Shown: positions 8,689-17,540, counted from the first letter of the stretch. The stretch: DNA of 24,000 bases from an uncultured Nitrososphaerota archaeon (GCA_963772005.1 CAVYVS010000021.1:102469-126468), one strand, 5' to 3'. Translations and numbers: made by a program. Notes: generated from the letters alone by a model not told the origin.

Positions 8689-9461
8689 TGAACGCAATTT
8701 CTCGTTTTGTCTCCAGCTCGCTCGCTGTTGCCGAGATGGAGGCAAGGAAGATTCGTCACGATTCGACAGAGCTGTGGACTAGGGTGGTCCAGCCGGCGCT
8801 CTGGCTGTTGGTGTTCGGCGAGGTGTTTACAGGCATCCGGGCCATCTCGACGGGTCCTTACTCCTACATCCAGTTCATAACACCTGGAGTCTTGGCACAG
8901 TCCGTCCTCTTCGTGGCCATATTCTACGGCATCACCGTGGTCTGGGAACGGGATGCTGGGCTGCTCCATAAACTCCTTTCAACCCCATCGCCAAGATCCT
9001 CGATAATAGTCGGCAAGACGCTCGCCGCCGGTGTGCGAGGCATCTTCCAGGCCATCATGATATTCGCCCTGGCCTTGATAATCGGCGTGAACCTCAGATT
9101 CGACGTACTGGACGTGATGGGCGTCTTCATCACGATAGTCGTATTTGCGATGTGCTTTTCCAGCCTCTCGATGATTCTGGCTTCGTACTTGAAGACACGC
9201 GACAGAATGATGGGAATTGGCCAGGCGATAACGATGCCCCTCTTCTTCGCCAGCAACGCCATCTATCCAATCTCCCTGATGCCGCCATGGTTGCAGGCCA
9301 TCTCGGTCTATAACCCGTTGAGTTATGGTGTGGACGCGGTCAGGGCCATGATTCTCACAGGCCAATACTCCAATCTGCCGGTGGATGCCGCTGTGCTCGG
9401 GGGCTTTACCATCCTGTTCTTGATCGTCGCTTCGATTTCAATACGTGGAATGGTGGAGTAG
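8688..9461 (+). CDS. ABC-2 type transporter permease
   Basis: 257 aa, polytopic and hydrophobic, in an ABC-2 family style. The ATG overlaps the ATPase stop (TAATG). Confidence 0.85.
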   Translation: MNAISRFVSSSLAVAEMEARKIRHDSTELWTRVVQPALWLLVFGEVFTGIRAISTGPYSYIQFITPGVLAQSVLFVAIFYGITVVWERDAGLLHKLLSTPSPRSSIIVGKTLAAGVRGIFQAIMIFALALIIGVNLRFDVLDVMGVFITIVVFAMCFSSLSMILASYLKTRDRMMGIGQAITMPLFFASNAIYPISLMPPWLQAISVYNPLSYGVDAVRAMILTGQYSNLPVDAAVLGGFTILFLIVASISIRGMVE

Positions 9462-9557
9462 AAGTCCTGCGGCCCGGAGCAGGAACGCGTGCATTTCTAG
9501 AGCTGTCACCTGTCTATGATGAAATGAAACAGAAACTAAGCAGGGTGTTGTGGTCGA

Positions 9558-9866
9558 CTAACCGAAGAGGGCGGCTAGGCCTTCGAGGGCTTCCTCTTCC
9601 TTCTTCTCTTCCTTCTTTTCCTCTTTCTTCTCTTCCTTCTTGGCCGGAGCGGCAGCTGCAGCTGGAGCAGCCTGTTGCTGAGCCGGCATAGCCACCGCCG
9701 CCTTCAACGCCTCATCGATATTGATTTCGCCGAGGGCCGCGACGAGCGCCTTGACCTTGATTTCGTCAGGCTGAACGCCAGCGGCGGTAATGATCTTCTT
9801 AATGCTCTCTTCGTCCACTTTCTTTCCTAGTCGGTGAAGTATGAGAGCAGCGTAAACATACTCCAT
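9558..9866 (-). CDS. rpl12: ribosomal stalk protein P1 (archaeal L12/aP1)
   Basis: 102 aa: [11 protein letters not shown]...[25 protein letters not shown], then an Ala/Pro hinge, a KKEE repeat, and the conserved C-terminal tail LEGLAALFG. Confidence 0.95.
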   Translation of the reverse strand: MEYVYAALILHRLGKKVDEESIKKIITAAGVQPDEIKVKALVAALGEINIDEALKAAVAMPAQQQAAPAAAAAPAKKEEKKEEKKEEKKEEEALEGLAALFG

Positions 9867-10129
9867 TTAATATCCCACGCCAGACAAGCACCTTTCTGAA
9901 GGTATTTAGACATTTCCTTTACTGTGGAGACCCGAATGCGTCTTCAAATCGGGTCGAAAGGATGGGCGTTGCCGCCCTTGTCCTCATTTCGAATCGCCAA
10001 GCGAGCCAGCCGCATCTGCGGCGCTGAGATGATTGAAGCCTTCGTCATCGACAACGCCGAATGCAGAACTCTTTTATGCCGCTTAATCGCTAAGAGTTTG
10101 TGAATTAATGATGCCTGTTACCCAGGCAG

Positions 10130-12016
10130 ATGGGTGTGTTTTGTTTGGTTGATTCTTCACTCATCCTGCGCGGCATCAAGGACCAAAAGCTCCTCATCCT
10201 AGGGAACGAAGCCGTGGTGAGAGGTGGCCTCGAGGCCGGAATCTCGGTGTTCACTTCCTATCCGGGCACGCCAGCCTCAGAAATTCTTGATGTGGCTGCC
10301 GAGATTTCGAAAGAAGCAGGAATCGTTGCCGAGTACTCGATTAACGAAAAGGTAGCCATCGACACGGCGGCTGGCGCTGCCATGAACGGGCTGAGGGCCG
10401 TCACTTCAATGAAGCATGTAGGCCTGAACGTCGCTTCGGACACGTTCATGGCCCTCCCGTACTTCGCGCCCAAGTCCGCCCTCGTCATCGTCGTAGCTGA
10501 CGATCCCGAAGCATATAGCAGTCAGAACGAACAGGACACCCGCAACTACGGCTACTTTGCTAATGTTCCCACACTCGAGCCTTCCGATCCCCAAGAGGCC
10601 AAGGACTGCATAGCTAGGGCTGTCGAGATATCCGAGTCGCTCGAACTGCCCGTCCTTGTGAGGCTTGACATACGGGTGAGCCACGTAAGGGGACCTGTCG
10701 TTCTAAACGACCTGAAGGCCCCTCCGGCTAGGAAGGAGTTCGTCAAGGAGAGGGGCAGATATCTCGCCATCCCGCCCTACCCCGTCAGGGCCCATGCAGC
10801 CTTGCTCGAAAAGATGGAACGCTGTAAGCAGGAAAGTTCGTCTCCAGAATTCGTAAAGGTCATCGAGAGGGGCTCTGACACCGGCGTCATCTGCTCCGGT
10901 TCGGCAGCCACGCATGTCCTAGACGCCGACATCCCCGGACCGATGCGGCCTGACGTGATGAAGATGCTGATGGTCAACCCGCTGCCGGAGGCTGCCATCG
11001 TGAACTTCCTTTCGACTCACAGAAAGGTCTTGGTCGTTGAGGAGTTGGACCCCATCTTCGAGAACCGAATCAAGCAGCTCGCCTACGACAACGGTCTGAG
11101 GACTGTGATACTCGGCAAGGGAGCGGGGATTCCATCTGTGGGCGAGCTCATGCCTGCCGATGTGCGCCAGGCTATTTGCAACCTTGTGGGGATTTCGTCA
11201 CCTAGGAAGGTCAGTCGGCCTGGACCCTCGGGTCCAGCAAGGCCTCCGGTATTCTGCGCAGGATGCCCGCACCGAGCCTCAATGTATCTGATCAAGACGT
11301 TGGCAGGCAAGAATAGGGTGGTCGTGTCTGACATCGGCTGCTATGGGATGGGTAGCCTTTCGCCCACCGAGGTCGGCGACGTCCTCCTTGACATGGGGTT
11401 CAGCATCGGTGCTGCGGGGGGCTTTGCGATAGGGGCCAAGCTGAAACCGCTCGCTGTGATCGGAGACTCCACATTCCTCCACGCAGGCATACCAGCCCTC
11501 ATAAACGCGGTCTGGAACAGGCACGACCTGGCGCTGATAATCCTCGACAACTACATAACCGCCATGACTGGGCTGCAGCCCAATCCATCCAGCGGCCTTG
11601 ATTCGCAGTTACAAAGCACGGACAGGATCGCCATCGAGGAACTGGTGAAGGCCTGCGGGGTCAAGAGTCTCAGGATTGTAGACCCAATGAAGGTCAAGGA
11701 GTCAAAGAAGGAGATCCGCGAGATGCTAGACGAAAAGGGCGTCTCCGTGATGATACTCAGGCAACCATGCGCCCTCCTGACCAGCCGGCAGCTGAAAGCC
11801 GCAGGCCAGAAGGCCGCTGCCTACGAAGTCGTGGCCGAGAACTGCAACAACTGCAACGCCTGCCTGGTGCTCGCCAGCTGCCCTGCCCTCGTTCCTGCAG
11901 ATTCCGGAAAGGACGGGGTTGCTGGGAGGGTCTCCATCGACCCGACTTCTTGCACGGGATGCGGCTTTTGCGCGGAGATATGTCCCTACGACGCAATCAT
12001 ACAGGGAGGAGAGTAG
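10130..12016 (+). CDS. iorA: indolepyruvate:ferredoxin oxidoreductase alpha subunit
   Basis: 628 aa. It has an IorA-like N-terminus (LGNEAVVRGGLEAGISVFTSYPGTPASEI), a TPP-binding region (GDSTFLHAG), and two C-terminal 4Fe-4S motifs (CNNCNACLVLASCP, CTGCGFCAEICP). The true start may be the TTG at 10145. Confidence 0.9.
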   Translation: MGVFCLVDSSLILRGIKDQKLLILGNEAVVRGGLEAGISVFTSYPGTPASEILDVAAEISKEAGIVAEYSINEKVAIDTAAGAAMNGLRAVTSMKHVGLNVASDTFMALPYFAPKSALVIVVADDPEAYSSQNEQDTRNYGYFANVPTLEPSDPQEAKDCIARAVEISESLELPVLVRLDIRVSHVRGPVVLNDLKAPPARKEFVKERGRYLAIPPYPVRAHAALLEKMERCKQESSSPEFVKVIERGSDTGVICSGSAATHVLDADIPGPMRPDVMKMLMVNPLPEAAIVNFLSTHRKVLVVEELDPIFENRIKQLAYDNGLRTVILGKGAGIPSVGELMPADVRQAICNLVGISSPRKVSRPGPSGPARPPVFCAGCPHRASMYLIKTLAGKNRVVVSDIGCYGMGSLSPTEVGDVLLDMGFSIGAAGGFAIGAKLKPLAVIGDSTFLHAGIPALINAVWNRHDLALIILDNYITAMTGLQPNPSSGLDSQLQSTDRIAIEELVKACGVKSLRIVDPMKVKESKKEIREMLDEKGVSVMILRQPCALLTSRQLKAAGQKAAAYEVVAENCNNCNACLVLASCPALVPADSGKDGVAGRVSIDPTSCTGCGFCAEICPYDAIIQGGE

Positions 12017-12019
12017 CTG

Positions 12020-12658
12020 TTGGACAAGCCCATCTCGGTGGTCGTGTCGGGAGTCGGCGGTCAGGGAGTCCTCCTGGCCTCTGAAATCCTGGGCAACGCG
12101 GCGATGATCTCCGGGCTTGACGTCAGGGTCACCGAAACCCATGGCCTCAGTCAGAGGGGGGGCTCGCTCGTTTCCTTCGTCCGAATCGGCAGGGAAGTGC
12201 ACTCTCCTCTCGTGGACCAAGAAGGGGCGGACTACATCATCTCGATGGAGCTTCTCGAGGCCCTGAAGTCATCCACGTATTCCAACGACAAGACCGTATG
12301 CATAGTCAGTACGCTCCAGATTCCACCGGTGACCGTGCTCAGCGGCAAGGCAAAATACCCACCTTCAAAGGAAATCATGTCCTCAGTGTCGGCCGTCTGC
12401 AAGAAAGCCTACTTCGTGGACGCCGCAGGAATGGCTTCGATGGCCGGGAAGAGCCTTTACCAAAACGCCGTGCTCTTAGGTTTCTTTTCCGGGGTGACGG
12501 AGGGGTTGTTGGAAAGGAAGGACTATGAGAAAGCGTTAGAGATTCTCGTTCCCCCCAAATCCTTCGCTTCGAACGTCAGGGCGTTTGATTTGGGACATCA
12601 GGCCTTCCTAAGCGCCCGAACTGAAGCGCTCCCAGAGCAGTCCAGCCAAACACTTTAA
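12020..12658 (+). CDS. iorB: indolepyruvate:ferredoxin oxidoreductase beta subunit
   Basis: 212 aa with an N-terminal GVGGQGVLLASEILG motif typical of 2-oxoacid:ferredoxin oxidoreductase gamma/IorB domains. It starts 3 nt after iorA at a TTG. Confidence 0.85.
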   Translation: MDKPISVVVSGVGGQGVLLASEILGNAAMISGLDVRVTETHGLSQRGGSLVSFVRIGREVHSPLVDQEGADYIISMELLEALKSSTYSNDKTVCIVSTLQIPPVTVLSGKAKYPPSKEIMSSVSAVCKKAYFVDAAGMASMAGKSLYQNAVLLGFFSGVTEGLLERKDYEKALEILVPPKSFASNVRAFDLGHQAFLSARTEALPEQSSQTL

Positions 12659-12682
12659 TGGAGAAATTCCTCACGTGCCATC

Positions 12683-13711
12683 GTGCGGCCTAACGTCCTG
12701 CTGACTTACAGATTGCCCGCTGCAGGGCTGAGCAGGCTGGCCGCCGCGCTAGGCGAGACCCCGGCGGTTCCCGAACATGCCCCTAGGATGAAAAGGTCGG
12801 AGCTCCTTGAAAAGATCGCAGATGCCGACGCCCTTCTTTGCTCTCCACATACCAGGGTCGATTCCGAGCTTCTGGCCCAGGCCAGAAGACTCCGCGTCGT
12901 TTCGACCTACAGTGTGGGGTTCGATCACATCGACGTGGCTGAAGCCACGCGACTAGGGATTTATGTGACCCATACGCCGGGCGTCTTATCCGGAGCGGTG
13001 GCCGACATCGCTTGGGGGCTCCTCCTAGCCACCTCGAGACACATCGTCACCGGGGATCGGTTTGTCCGGGAACGCCTTTGGAAATCCGAGAGCGACCTCG
13101 GCTTCATGATTGGTCACGATTTCCAAGGAATGACCTTGGGGGTAGTCGGATTTGGACGGATTGGAGTCGAGGTCGCAAGGCGAGGGAAAGGCTTCGGCAT
13201 GAGGATACTCTACTACAGCAGAGCAAGGAAGCCTCCCATGGAAACTGAGTTGGGGGCAGAGCGCGCAGACCTTCCTAAATTGTTGAATGAGGCCGACTAC
13301 ATCTCTATCAACCTCCCCCTCACACGCGAGACTCGTCACATGATCGGCAAGAGGGAGCTTTCAATGATGAAGAAGACGGCGATACTGGTCAACACCAGCA
13401 GGGGAGCCATCATCGACGAAACGGCCCTCGCCGCAACCCTAAAGGCAGGAAAGATTGCCGGTGCAGGCCTCGACGTCTTCGAAATAGAGCCTCTCCCTCA
13501 AGATTCTCCGCTCCTAGGGTTGGACAACGTCGTGCTCCTCCCACACGTAGCGAGTGCCACGGTGGAGACTCGAGACAAGATGGCAATCCTGGCCGCTCAG
13601 AACATCATAGACGTGCTGGGCGGGAGGTTGCCGCAGGCCCTCCTCAATGGCGATGTCGTCAAGGTCAGGCCGTTGTCCGCGGTCAAGATGATTCCTGAGC
13701 GGGCGACATAA
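12683..13711 (+). CDS. gyaR: D-isomer-specific 2-hydroxyacid dehydrogenase, glyoxylate/hydroxypyruvate reductase-like
   Basis: 342 aa with an NAD-binding motif (GVVGFGRIGVEVARR) and catalytic-region motifs (LVNTSRGAIIDE, AGLDVFEIEP, LPHVASAT). The overall pattern resembles archaeal GyaR. GTG start. Confidence 0.75.
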   Translation: MRPNVLLTYRLPAAGLSRLAAALGETPAVPEHAPRMKRSELLEKIADADALLCSPHTRVDSELLAQARRLRVVSTYSVGFDHIDVAEATRLGIYVTHTPGVLSGAVADIAWGLLLATSRHIVTGDRFVRERLWKSESDLGFMIGHDFQGMTLGVVGFGRIGVEVARRGKGFGMRILYYSRARKPPMETELGAERADLPKLLNEADYISINLPLTRETRHMIGKRELSMMKKTAILVNTSRGAIIDETALAATLKAGKIAGAGLDVFEIEPLPQDSPLLGLDNVVLLPHVASATVETRDKMAILAAQNIIDVLGGRLPQALLNGDVVKVRPLSAVKMIPERAT

Positions 13712-13727
13712 CTTCCAGTGACGAACG

Positions 13728-14046
13728 GTGGCGAGGATGTTTCCTGGCCATAGCCCTCCTTCTGTTTTAGGCGGGATTCAGCTGAGAGGTCTACCCGGGC
13801 TTACAGCAGTGAGCCTGTCATCAGCCCCATTTGACCTTGCTCCACGCGGGGTGGCCGTTTCATCCCTCATCCAAGAGTCCTCCAGCATTCCTGCCTTCAT
13901 CGCGTTCCTGGCGCGGGTGTCGTTTCTGTTCCAGAGCCAGCGGTCTCCCGCTGCGTTTCTCAACGCCGCGTCTCCTGCACGGAGGGAGGAGCTTCCTCAG
14001 GGCTGTTCGCCCCGAACCTGCCCACCAGCTCACATCCTCGGCCTAG
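13728..14046 (-). ncRNA. rnpB: RNase P RNA (full-size archaeal type)
   Basis: The minus strand reads GGCCGAGGATGT...CTGAGGAAGCTCC (CR-I-like GAGGAA(A)G(U)CC)...GGAACAGAAACG (CR-II-like ACAGAAA)...GAGGGATGAAACGGCCACC (GGGUGAAACGG-like)...AAAACAGAAGGAGGGCTATGGCC (CR-V-like ACAGAAnnnGGCUAU)...ACATCCTCGCC. The 5' GGCCGAGGATGT and 3' ACATCCTCGCC pair as P1. The ends are approximate, within about 10 nt. The ORFs predicted here are Ser/Pro/Arg-rich and implausible. Confidence 0.8.
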
Positions 14047-14063
14047 CTCCCGATGGTTCGTGC

Positions 14064-14072
14064 GATTTAAAC
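14064..14072 (-). promoter_or_regulatory. TATA box (minus strand GGTTTAAATC) for RNase P RNA, abutting the tsr3 stop codon
   Basis: TTTAAAT is centred about 25 nt upstream of the predicted RNA 5' end (about 14043-14046). It lies immediately after the tsr3 stop (14074-14076). Confidence 0.45.
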
Positions 14073-14073
14073 C

Positions 14074-14637
14074 TTAAATCACAAAGCCCAATTCGTGCAT
14101 GAACGACCGTTGAGCCTCTACGACGGCTTTGCTCGAATCGGCCTTACTGTATGCCTCAAGATACCTGAGGTTGAGCTCGAAAAAGGAGTGACCCCACCTG
14201 AATGAGTTCATTATCTCTTTGGCTTGGTCACTAAGGCCGAGGATGAACAGGGCTGAGGCAAAAGCCTCGGCGGTCGAAAGGTTGACGGGGATTCCGTAGT
14301 TGGTCGGGTTCGCCGCGACCAGGTACGGCAGAGCCCTCCGCCGGCTACGACTCCAGCCAACTCCCCTAAAGGACTCCACGGCCTTCTTCCAACTGGCATC
14401 GATGGCCGCGAGCCCTTCTGAGAGGACCAACTCTTTGTCAGATTTGGATATTGAAGTGTCGGAATACGGGTCGAGGAGGAGGCCCCGGCGACGGTGAGGC
14501 GGGAGATAGGTTACAAACCCCAACCGCCGAAGCTTCGAAGCCGTGCACTTGGTCGGGTCATCCTGCCGAAGGTGGAGCACGAACAGTTTGGCTTTTGTAC
14601 GCTTTTCATCGCTCATTTTTCTTGGCGTTTCTCCCAA
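14074..14637 (-). CDS. tsr3: Tsr3-type SSU rRNA aminocarboxypropyltransferase (DUF367)
   Basis: 187-aa ORF with Tsr3 family motifs (LRQDDPTKCTASKL, LPYLVAANPTNYGIPVNLSTAEAFASALFILG, FRWGHSFFELN). The track start is a TTG. The ATG at 14616 (MSDEKRTKAKLFVL...) lies about 29 nt from a TTTTAAG element and is the more likely start. Confidence 0.85.
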   Translation of the reverse strand: MGETPRKMSDEKRTKAKLFVLHLRQDDPTKCTASKLRRLGFVTYLPPHRRRGLLLDPYSDTSISKSDKELVLSEGLAAIDASWKKAVESFRGVGWSRSRRRALPYLVAANPTNYGIPVNLSTAEAFASALFILGLSDQAKEIMNSFRWGHSFFELNLRYLEAYSKADSSKAVVEAQRSFMHELGFVI

Positions 14638-14660
14638 ATGCTTAAAATCAGCTTCTATTA

Positions 14661-14912
14661 ATGTGTAGGCTGATAAGATTGCCGAAGGCTTTCGTTCTAA
14701 TCAACGCCGATCTAGGCGCCGAGGAGGAATTGGTGGCTGAACTAAAGAAGATCACGAACGTAACAGAGGTCTACGTAGTGTACGGCGTATACGACTTGAT
14801 TTCGAAGGTCGAAGCAGATACCATGGAGAAGGTCAAGGAAACGATAACCTGGCACATCAGGCGCCTTGAGAAGGTCCGCTCCACCCTAACCATGATAGTA
14901 GTGGAAGAGTAG
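14661..14912 (+). CDS. stand-alone Lrp/AsnC ligand-binding (RAM) domain protein, no HTH
   Basis: 83 aa: KAFVLINADLGAEEELVAELKKITNVTEVYVVYGVYDLISKVEADTMEKVKETITWHIRRLEKVRSTLTMIVVE. This matches the RAM-domain beta-alpha-beta-beta-alpha-beta pattern of small archaeal AsnC-type proteins. The TTG at 14679 is an alternative start. Confidence 0.75.
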   Translation: MCRLIRLPKAFVLINADLGAEEELVAELKKITNVTEVYVVYGVYDLISKVEADTMEKVKETITWHIRRLEKVRSTLTMIVVEE

Positions 14913-14963
14913 CTCACTCGGGACGCCGGTCAGCGATTCATATCTTCCGCAACAGGGATTCTC

Positions 14964-16220
14964 TCACCGAGTAGACTTGAGGGCCCTGGCGAGGTCCTCT
15001 GCTATAACCGAGTAATCCTCCACCCCAACTGACACTCTTATCATCGAATCCGTTATGCCCAGCTTTCTCCGCTGCTTCTCCGGCATCTTCCTGTGCGACG
15101 TCTTCGCTGGGTGGGAAATCGTGGTCTTCACTCCTCCAAGAGATGGCGTCAAGGTCACCCGTTTGAGAGCTTTGACGAACGAATCCGCCTTGGCCAGCCC
15201 ACCCTTCAGCTTGAAGGACAGCATTGCACCATACATTTCGCTGTCGAATAGTCTCTTCGCGATGACGTGCTGTGGGTGTGACTCCAGCCCTGGGTAGAAG
15301 ACCTCTTCCACTTCTCTCCTCCCCTCGAGGAACTCCGCCAACCGCATGGCATTCCTGCAGCCCTCGACAGTCCTAATCCTCCATGTTTCGATGCTCCTGC
15401 TTGCCAGCCACGAGTCAAATGGACCGGCAATGGCGCCGACGGTCACGTTGAACTGGAACGCCCTTTCCATTATCTTCGACCCTCCACAGACGATGCCGAT
15501 CGTCAGGTCTTGATGCCCTCCGAGGGATTTCGTTCCGCTATGCATCACAATATGTGCTCCGCTCTCCAGGGGCCTTACGACAAACGGGGTTGCGAAGGTG
15601 TTGTCCACGATTAGGGTCGTACCGGTTCTATTGGCGGCCGTTGCGAGCGCTTTGACGTCACACACCTTCATCGTTGGATTCGAGATGGTCTCAACCAAGG
15701 CAATCTTCGCCTTCCTCCTGTTCATTTCGTTCTCGAAGCTGGAAGCACCAGCAGGGTCACAGAACGTTGTCGTGATTCCGAACCTAGGGAGCTCCTTCTG
15801 GAGCATGACCAGGGTCCCTCCGTACAGGTCGGGGGAAGCAACTATCTGATCGCCCTGACCACATGACGAAGCGATCGCTACGAACAGCGCCGCCATTCCG
15901 GAGGAGCAAGCCACGCCTTTCTTGGCGTTCTCCAGTTTCGCAACCTTCTCCGCGAGCTCGTCGGAGTTTGGGAGGCCGTATCTGCTGTAGAAGTAGCTGC
16001 CTGGGGCCCTTCCTTCATAGTAATCGTCAATGCTCTTGAGATCTGGAAAATTGTACACTGAGGTCTGAACGATGGGGGGCGAGGCTGGCACTGCTCTGGG
16101 CAGCGCCTCCCTCTTTGCATCCTTCTTCTGATGGGCCATCCTTCCATTTCGGGGCGCACGTTCTAATAAAGTGACTTCAGGGTCGAAGATACGCTCAAAT
16201 AACGATGTGAACGGATTCAT
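14964..16220 (-). CDS. Cys/Met-metabolism PLP-dependent enzyme (cystathionine gamma-synthase / gamma-lyase / O-acylhomoserine sulfhydrylase family)
   Basis: 418-aa maximal ORF with family motifs (SSGMAALF, DNTFATP, HSGTKSLGGHQD with the PLP lysine, VSVGVED). The likely true start is the ATG at 16139 (MAHQKKDAKRE..., 391 aa), about 28 nt from TTTATTA (16170..16164). Confidence 0.85.
   Translation of the reverse strand: MNPFTSLFERIFDPEVTLLERAPRNGRMAHQKKDAKREALPRAVPASPPIVQTSVYNFPDLKSIDDYYEGRAPGSYFYSRYGLPNSDELAEKVAKLENAKKGVACSSGMAALFVAIASSCGQGDQIVASPDLYGGTLVMLQKELPRFGITTTFCDPAGASSFENEMNRRKAKIALVETISNPTMKVCDVKALATAANRTGTTLIVDNTFATPFVVRPLESGAHIVMHSGTKSLGGHQDLTIGIVCGGSKIMERAFQFNVTVGAIAGPFDSWLASRSIETWRIRTVEGCRNAMRLAEFLEGRREVEEVFYPGLESHPQHVIAKRLFDSEMYGAMLSFKLKGGLAKADSFVKALKRVTLTPSLGGVKTTISHPAKTSHRKMPEKQRRKLGITDSMIRVSVGVEDYSVIAEDLARALKSTR
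16164..16170 (-). promoter_or_regulatory. TATA-like element (minus strand TTTATTA) upstream of the internal ATG at 16139 of the PLP enzyme gene
   Basis: The spacing of about 28 nt to the ATG at 16139 fits a leaderless archaeal transcript. Confidence 0.35.
16195..16203 (+). promoter_or_regulatory. TATA-like element (TCAAATAAC) upstream of tiaS
   Basis: It is centred about 26 nt upstream of the tiaS GTG at 16226, consistent with a leaderless transcript. Confidence 0.35.
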
Positions 16221-16225
16221 CCATT

Positions 16226-17524
16226 GTGAATGGCACTCCCCCGCCGCTCCTCCATGTGGGGTTGGATGACACCGACTCCTCCGAAGGAATGTGCACCACC
16301 TACCTGGCGGCGGTGTTGATGGATGAGATAAGTGAGAGGTTCGGGCTGGAAGTGGAGGGCTTCCCCCGGCTCATTCGCCTTAATCCCAACTGCCCTTATA
16401 AGACCAGGGGGAACGCAGCCCTCTCCTTCAAGTTCCGGGCGCCTCCTGTCACCCTGCCTGCGATCAAAGAGCTGGTCTTGAGGCGGGTGGGGGAGATGGC
16501 CATGCTCGATGACGAGGGGACGGAGTCGGGTGTCGCCTTCCTTTCGGGGGAGAAGGTGCCTGCCCTGCTGGGCCGGTTTTCGTCCAGAGTGGTCAAAGAG
16601 ATGGTTACCATCGACGATGCCGACGAAGTGGCCCGCCTCCTCCACATCGAAGTCCACAAGTTCAAGTCCGGCAGGGGGATAATCGGCGCCCTGGCAGCGA
16701 TAGGGAATCGGTTGGAGTACGGCAGGACCTATGAGCTCATAGCATACCGCACCCCCGAATTCGTTGGGACCAGGAGGGAGATGGATAGGGGTTCAATCGG
16801 AGCCATGAACGAGGCCACCTATCCCTTCACCTTCGACAATCTGGACACAAACACGGGCGAGGTCAGGATAATGCCGCACACTCCCTGTCCCGTGTACTTC
16901 GGCATCAGGGCGTTCAAGCCACACTATCTCCACCGCGCCCTCGAAATGGTCAGACCTCTCCAACCAGTCGAACGCTTCCGAATCTACGAAACCAACCAGG
17001 CCACCGATGCCCACATATCGGAGGCGGTCGCCGGAAAGGTTCGACCTCTTACCTCCGTCAAGGTGTCCGGAACGGTCTCTTCCACACCTAAGACAATACG
17101 AGGCGGGCACCTGATATTCAGGATCGAAGATGAAACAGGATCTGTGGACTGCGCAATCTATGAACCCACGCGGGGGTTCAGGGACGTCGGAAGGGCCTTG
17201 ATCTGCGGAGATACGGTCCGTGTTTACGGTGGCGTGAAGAAGAAACCCGCATCGCCTCTGACAATCAACGTCGAGAAGATGGAGGTGCTGTCCTTGGCCC
17301 CCTTGACCATAAGGAAGAACCCCGCATGTCCGAAGTGCGGGAGGACCATGAAGTCTGAGGGAAAGGGAAAGGGGTACCAATGCTCAGCTTGCAAGTTCAA
17401 GTCAACAGGCCTCCTGCCGACGGAGGTTCAGGTGCAGAGGGCAGTATCCATAGGGTTGTATGCAGCACCTCCTCGAGCAAGACGGCACCTTAGCAAGCCA
17501 GTCACCACACCCTACGAAATCTGA
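16226..17524 (+). CDS. tiaS: tRNA(Ile2) 2-agmatinylcytidine synthetase
   Basis: 432 aa. The N-terminus has VGLDDTDSSEGMCTTY (the TiaS kinase-like domain signature), the middle is OB-fold-like, and the C-terminus has a zinc ribbon (CPKCGRTMKSEGKGKGYQCSACKF). Confidence 0.9.
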   Translation: MNGTPPPLLHVGLDDTDSSEGMCTTYLAAVLMDEISERFGLEVEGFPRLIRLNPNCPYKTRGNAALSFKFRAPPVTLPAIKELVLRRVGEMAMLDDEGTESGVAFLSGEKVPALLGRFSSRVVKEMVTIDDADEVARLLHIEVHKFKSGRGIIGALAAIGNRLEYGRTYELIAYRTPEFVGTRREMDRGSIGAMNEATYPFTFDNLDTNTGEVRIMPHTPCPVYFGIRAFKPHYLHRALEMVRPLQPVERFRIYETNQATDAHISEAVAGKVRPLTSVKVSGTVSSTPKTIRGGHLIFRIEDETGSVDCAIYEPTRGFRDVGRALICGDTVRVYGGVKKKPASPLTINVEKMEVLSLAPLTIRKNPACPKCGRTMKSEGKGKGYQCSACKFKSTGLLPTEVQVQRAVSIGLYAAPPRARRHLSKPVTTPYEI

Positions 17525-17540
17525 ACGAGTGGCCACACAA

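Noticed and set aside
9585-9650. Pyrimidine-rich ctt/ctc short-period repeat
   Set aside because: It is the antisense of the [12 protein letters not shown] hinge of ribosomal protein P1. This is ordinary low-complexity coding sequence, not a CRISPR or satellite repeat.
11726-12220. Long antisense ORFs inside well-supported genes (for example 11726..12220, 16793..17380, 3940..4332, 22707..23123, 7084..7536)
   Set aside because: They are shadow ORFs, typical of GC-rich coding DNA. They are Arg/Gly/Pro/Ser-rich, have no motifs, and each is fully contained in a conserved gene on the opposite strand.
13728-14102. Track ORFs 13728..14102 (+, 124 aa), 13831..14046 (+) and 13778..13963 (-), considered as protein-coding genes
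   Set aside because: They overlap the RNase P RNA almost exactly. They have a Ser/Pro/Ala/Arg-rich composition with no recognisable domains. The open frames are a by-product of GC-rich structured RNA.
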